NCBI GenBank assembly: GCA_964247135.1
Contig: CAXTTL010000117.1
Coordinates: forward strand, 1 to 15,188
DNA length: 15,188 bases
Direction of reading: 5' to 3'
Origin: an uncultured Deinococcales bacterium
Lineage (GTDB): Bacteria > Deinococcota > Deinococci > Deinococcales > JAAFIG01
Part shown: in pieces, positions 14,497 through 15,188 of the stretch
Numbering within the stretch: the first letter of the stretch is position 1
How the letters are laid out: each line of letters starts with the position of its first letter
Translations under genes and position numbers: made by a program
The notes under the pieces: generated by a model
What the model was told of the DNA's origin: nothing
What the model saw: only the letters and a program-made list of their open reading frames with translations
Databases searched by the model: none

Positions 14497-15188
14497 TTAG
14501 TGCCAAAGCGGCGTTTCTCGAGTTTTTTGGATCAACCAAAAACTGCTGACCAAACATAGCGCAATCGTGATGATTCCAGCCTCGAAGCCAAACGCGCCAC
14601 CCGTGAAGAATTCAGCCCCCTGAATACGTGGTTGGATCAAGCTCTTAAACGTATTGCCTGACACCGCCACACCAAAAATTGGTCCCTGCATAAAGTTCCA
14701 AAAAACATGAACGCCAGTCAACAACCACAAATCCCTGGTCCAAACAAACAATGACCCAAGCGCCACGCCAGCCAAACCGACGGCGACGGCACCAATCAAG
14801 GTTGCGTTGGTGTTGCCCAAATGCAAAACACCAAAGAGCATTCCGCTGAGCGCCAACGCCCAGCCTGTTCCAATCGATTTCTCGAGCGTTAGAAACAAGA
14901 TACCGCGAAACAAGACTTCCTCAAATGCTCCTGCGAAAACGAGCAAAGCAAAAGCACCAGCCAAAGCACCCGCATCAAAAGAAATGGTTCGCACCGAATA
15001 CCAGCCCGCCAGTGCAGCAATTAACACAATACCACTGTACAAAATTACTCCTGCCACTGCACCAAAAAGTAAGCCTCGAGCCGGTTTTATCGGCTTTAAG
15101 CCATTTGTTGTTGCCTGCAACCAGTTGATTTTGCCAAGTCCCAGAATTGCGCCAATGCCAACCATCAAGCCAAGTGCTCGAGTGACCA
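14497..15188 (-). CDS. CPBP (CAAX protease/Abi, Rce1-like) intramembrane metalloprotease, 5' end outside the window
   Basis: 'FEEVLFRG', 'FGVLH', 'HVFWN', 'TGGAFGFEAG' and multiple TM helices. The frame stays open to the window edge. Confidence 0.92.
   Translation of the reverse strand, partial: VTRALGLMVGIGAILGLGKINWLQATTNGLKPIKPARGLLFGAVAGVILYSGIVLIAALAGWYSVRTISFDAGALAGAFALLVFAGAFEEVLFRGILFLTLEKSIGTGWALALSGMLFGVLHLGNTNATLIGAVAVGLAGVALGSLFVWTRDLWLLTGVHVFWNFMQGPIFGVAVSGNTFKSLIQPRIQGAEFFTGGAFGFEAGIITIALCLVSSFWLIQKTRETPLWH

Larger units (their letters stand above)
14..15182. repeat. Highly iterated dispersed palindrome CTCGAG (~99 copies)
   Basis: Manual count of about 99, for example at 14, 97, 138, 194, 570, 2792, 2814, 2832, 4291, 4303, 8827, 8842, 9836, 9848, 10567, 10576 and 15177. 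About 4 are expected for a random hexamer. Confidence 0.97.

Noticed and set aside
14497-15188. CPBP/Abi gene as a possible phage-defence or bacteriocin-immunity system
   Set aside because: The family is ubiquitous, and no bacteriocin, toxin or defence neighbours are visible in the window.
1-15188. CTCGAG excess as a cloning or XhoI-ligation artefact
   Set aside because: Conserved reading frames and motifs run uninterrupted through the sites, which would not happen with concatenated restriction fragments.

Overview
This is a chromosomal housekeeping region of a bacterium, most likely Deinococcota. The evidence is a short 619-aa IF2, a ~1029-aa CarB with an abbreviated C-terminus, the rimP-nusA-ylxR-infB order, and apparently leaderless genes with TANNNT 7 nt before the start codon. 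Gene content: DUF2207 membrane protein, lemA, an Ala-rich LEA-like protein, carB, a predicted beta-rich envelope protein, guaA, a PEGA lipoprotein, infB/ylxR/nusA/rimP, a VOC protein and a 5'-truncated CPBP (CAAX) protease. I found no mobile elements, CRISPR arrays, tRNA or rRNA. The outstanding signal is not a gene. The palindrome CTCGAG (XhoI site) occurs about 99 times by manual count, one per ~150 bp, against ~4 expected at random. It occurs in all three reading frames, dominates codon choice, and is denser still between genes. An extended form, CTCGAGCATCAAAA, recurs just downstream of stop codons and builds a terminator stem. The pattern resembles cyanobacterial HIP1 or DNA-uptake sequences but with a different motif. 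A secondary candidate is a promoter-short leader-terminator-ARG box arrangement upstream of carB.
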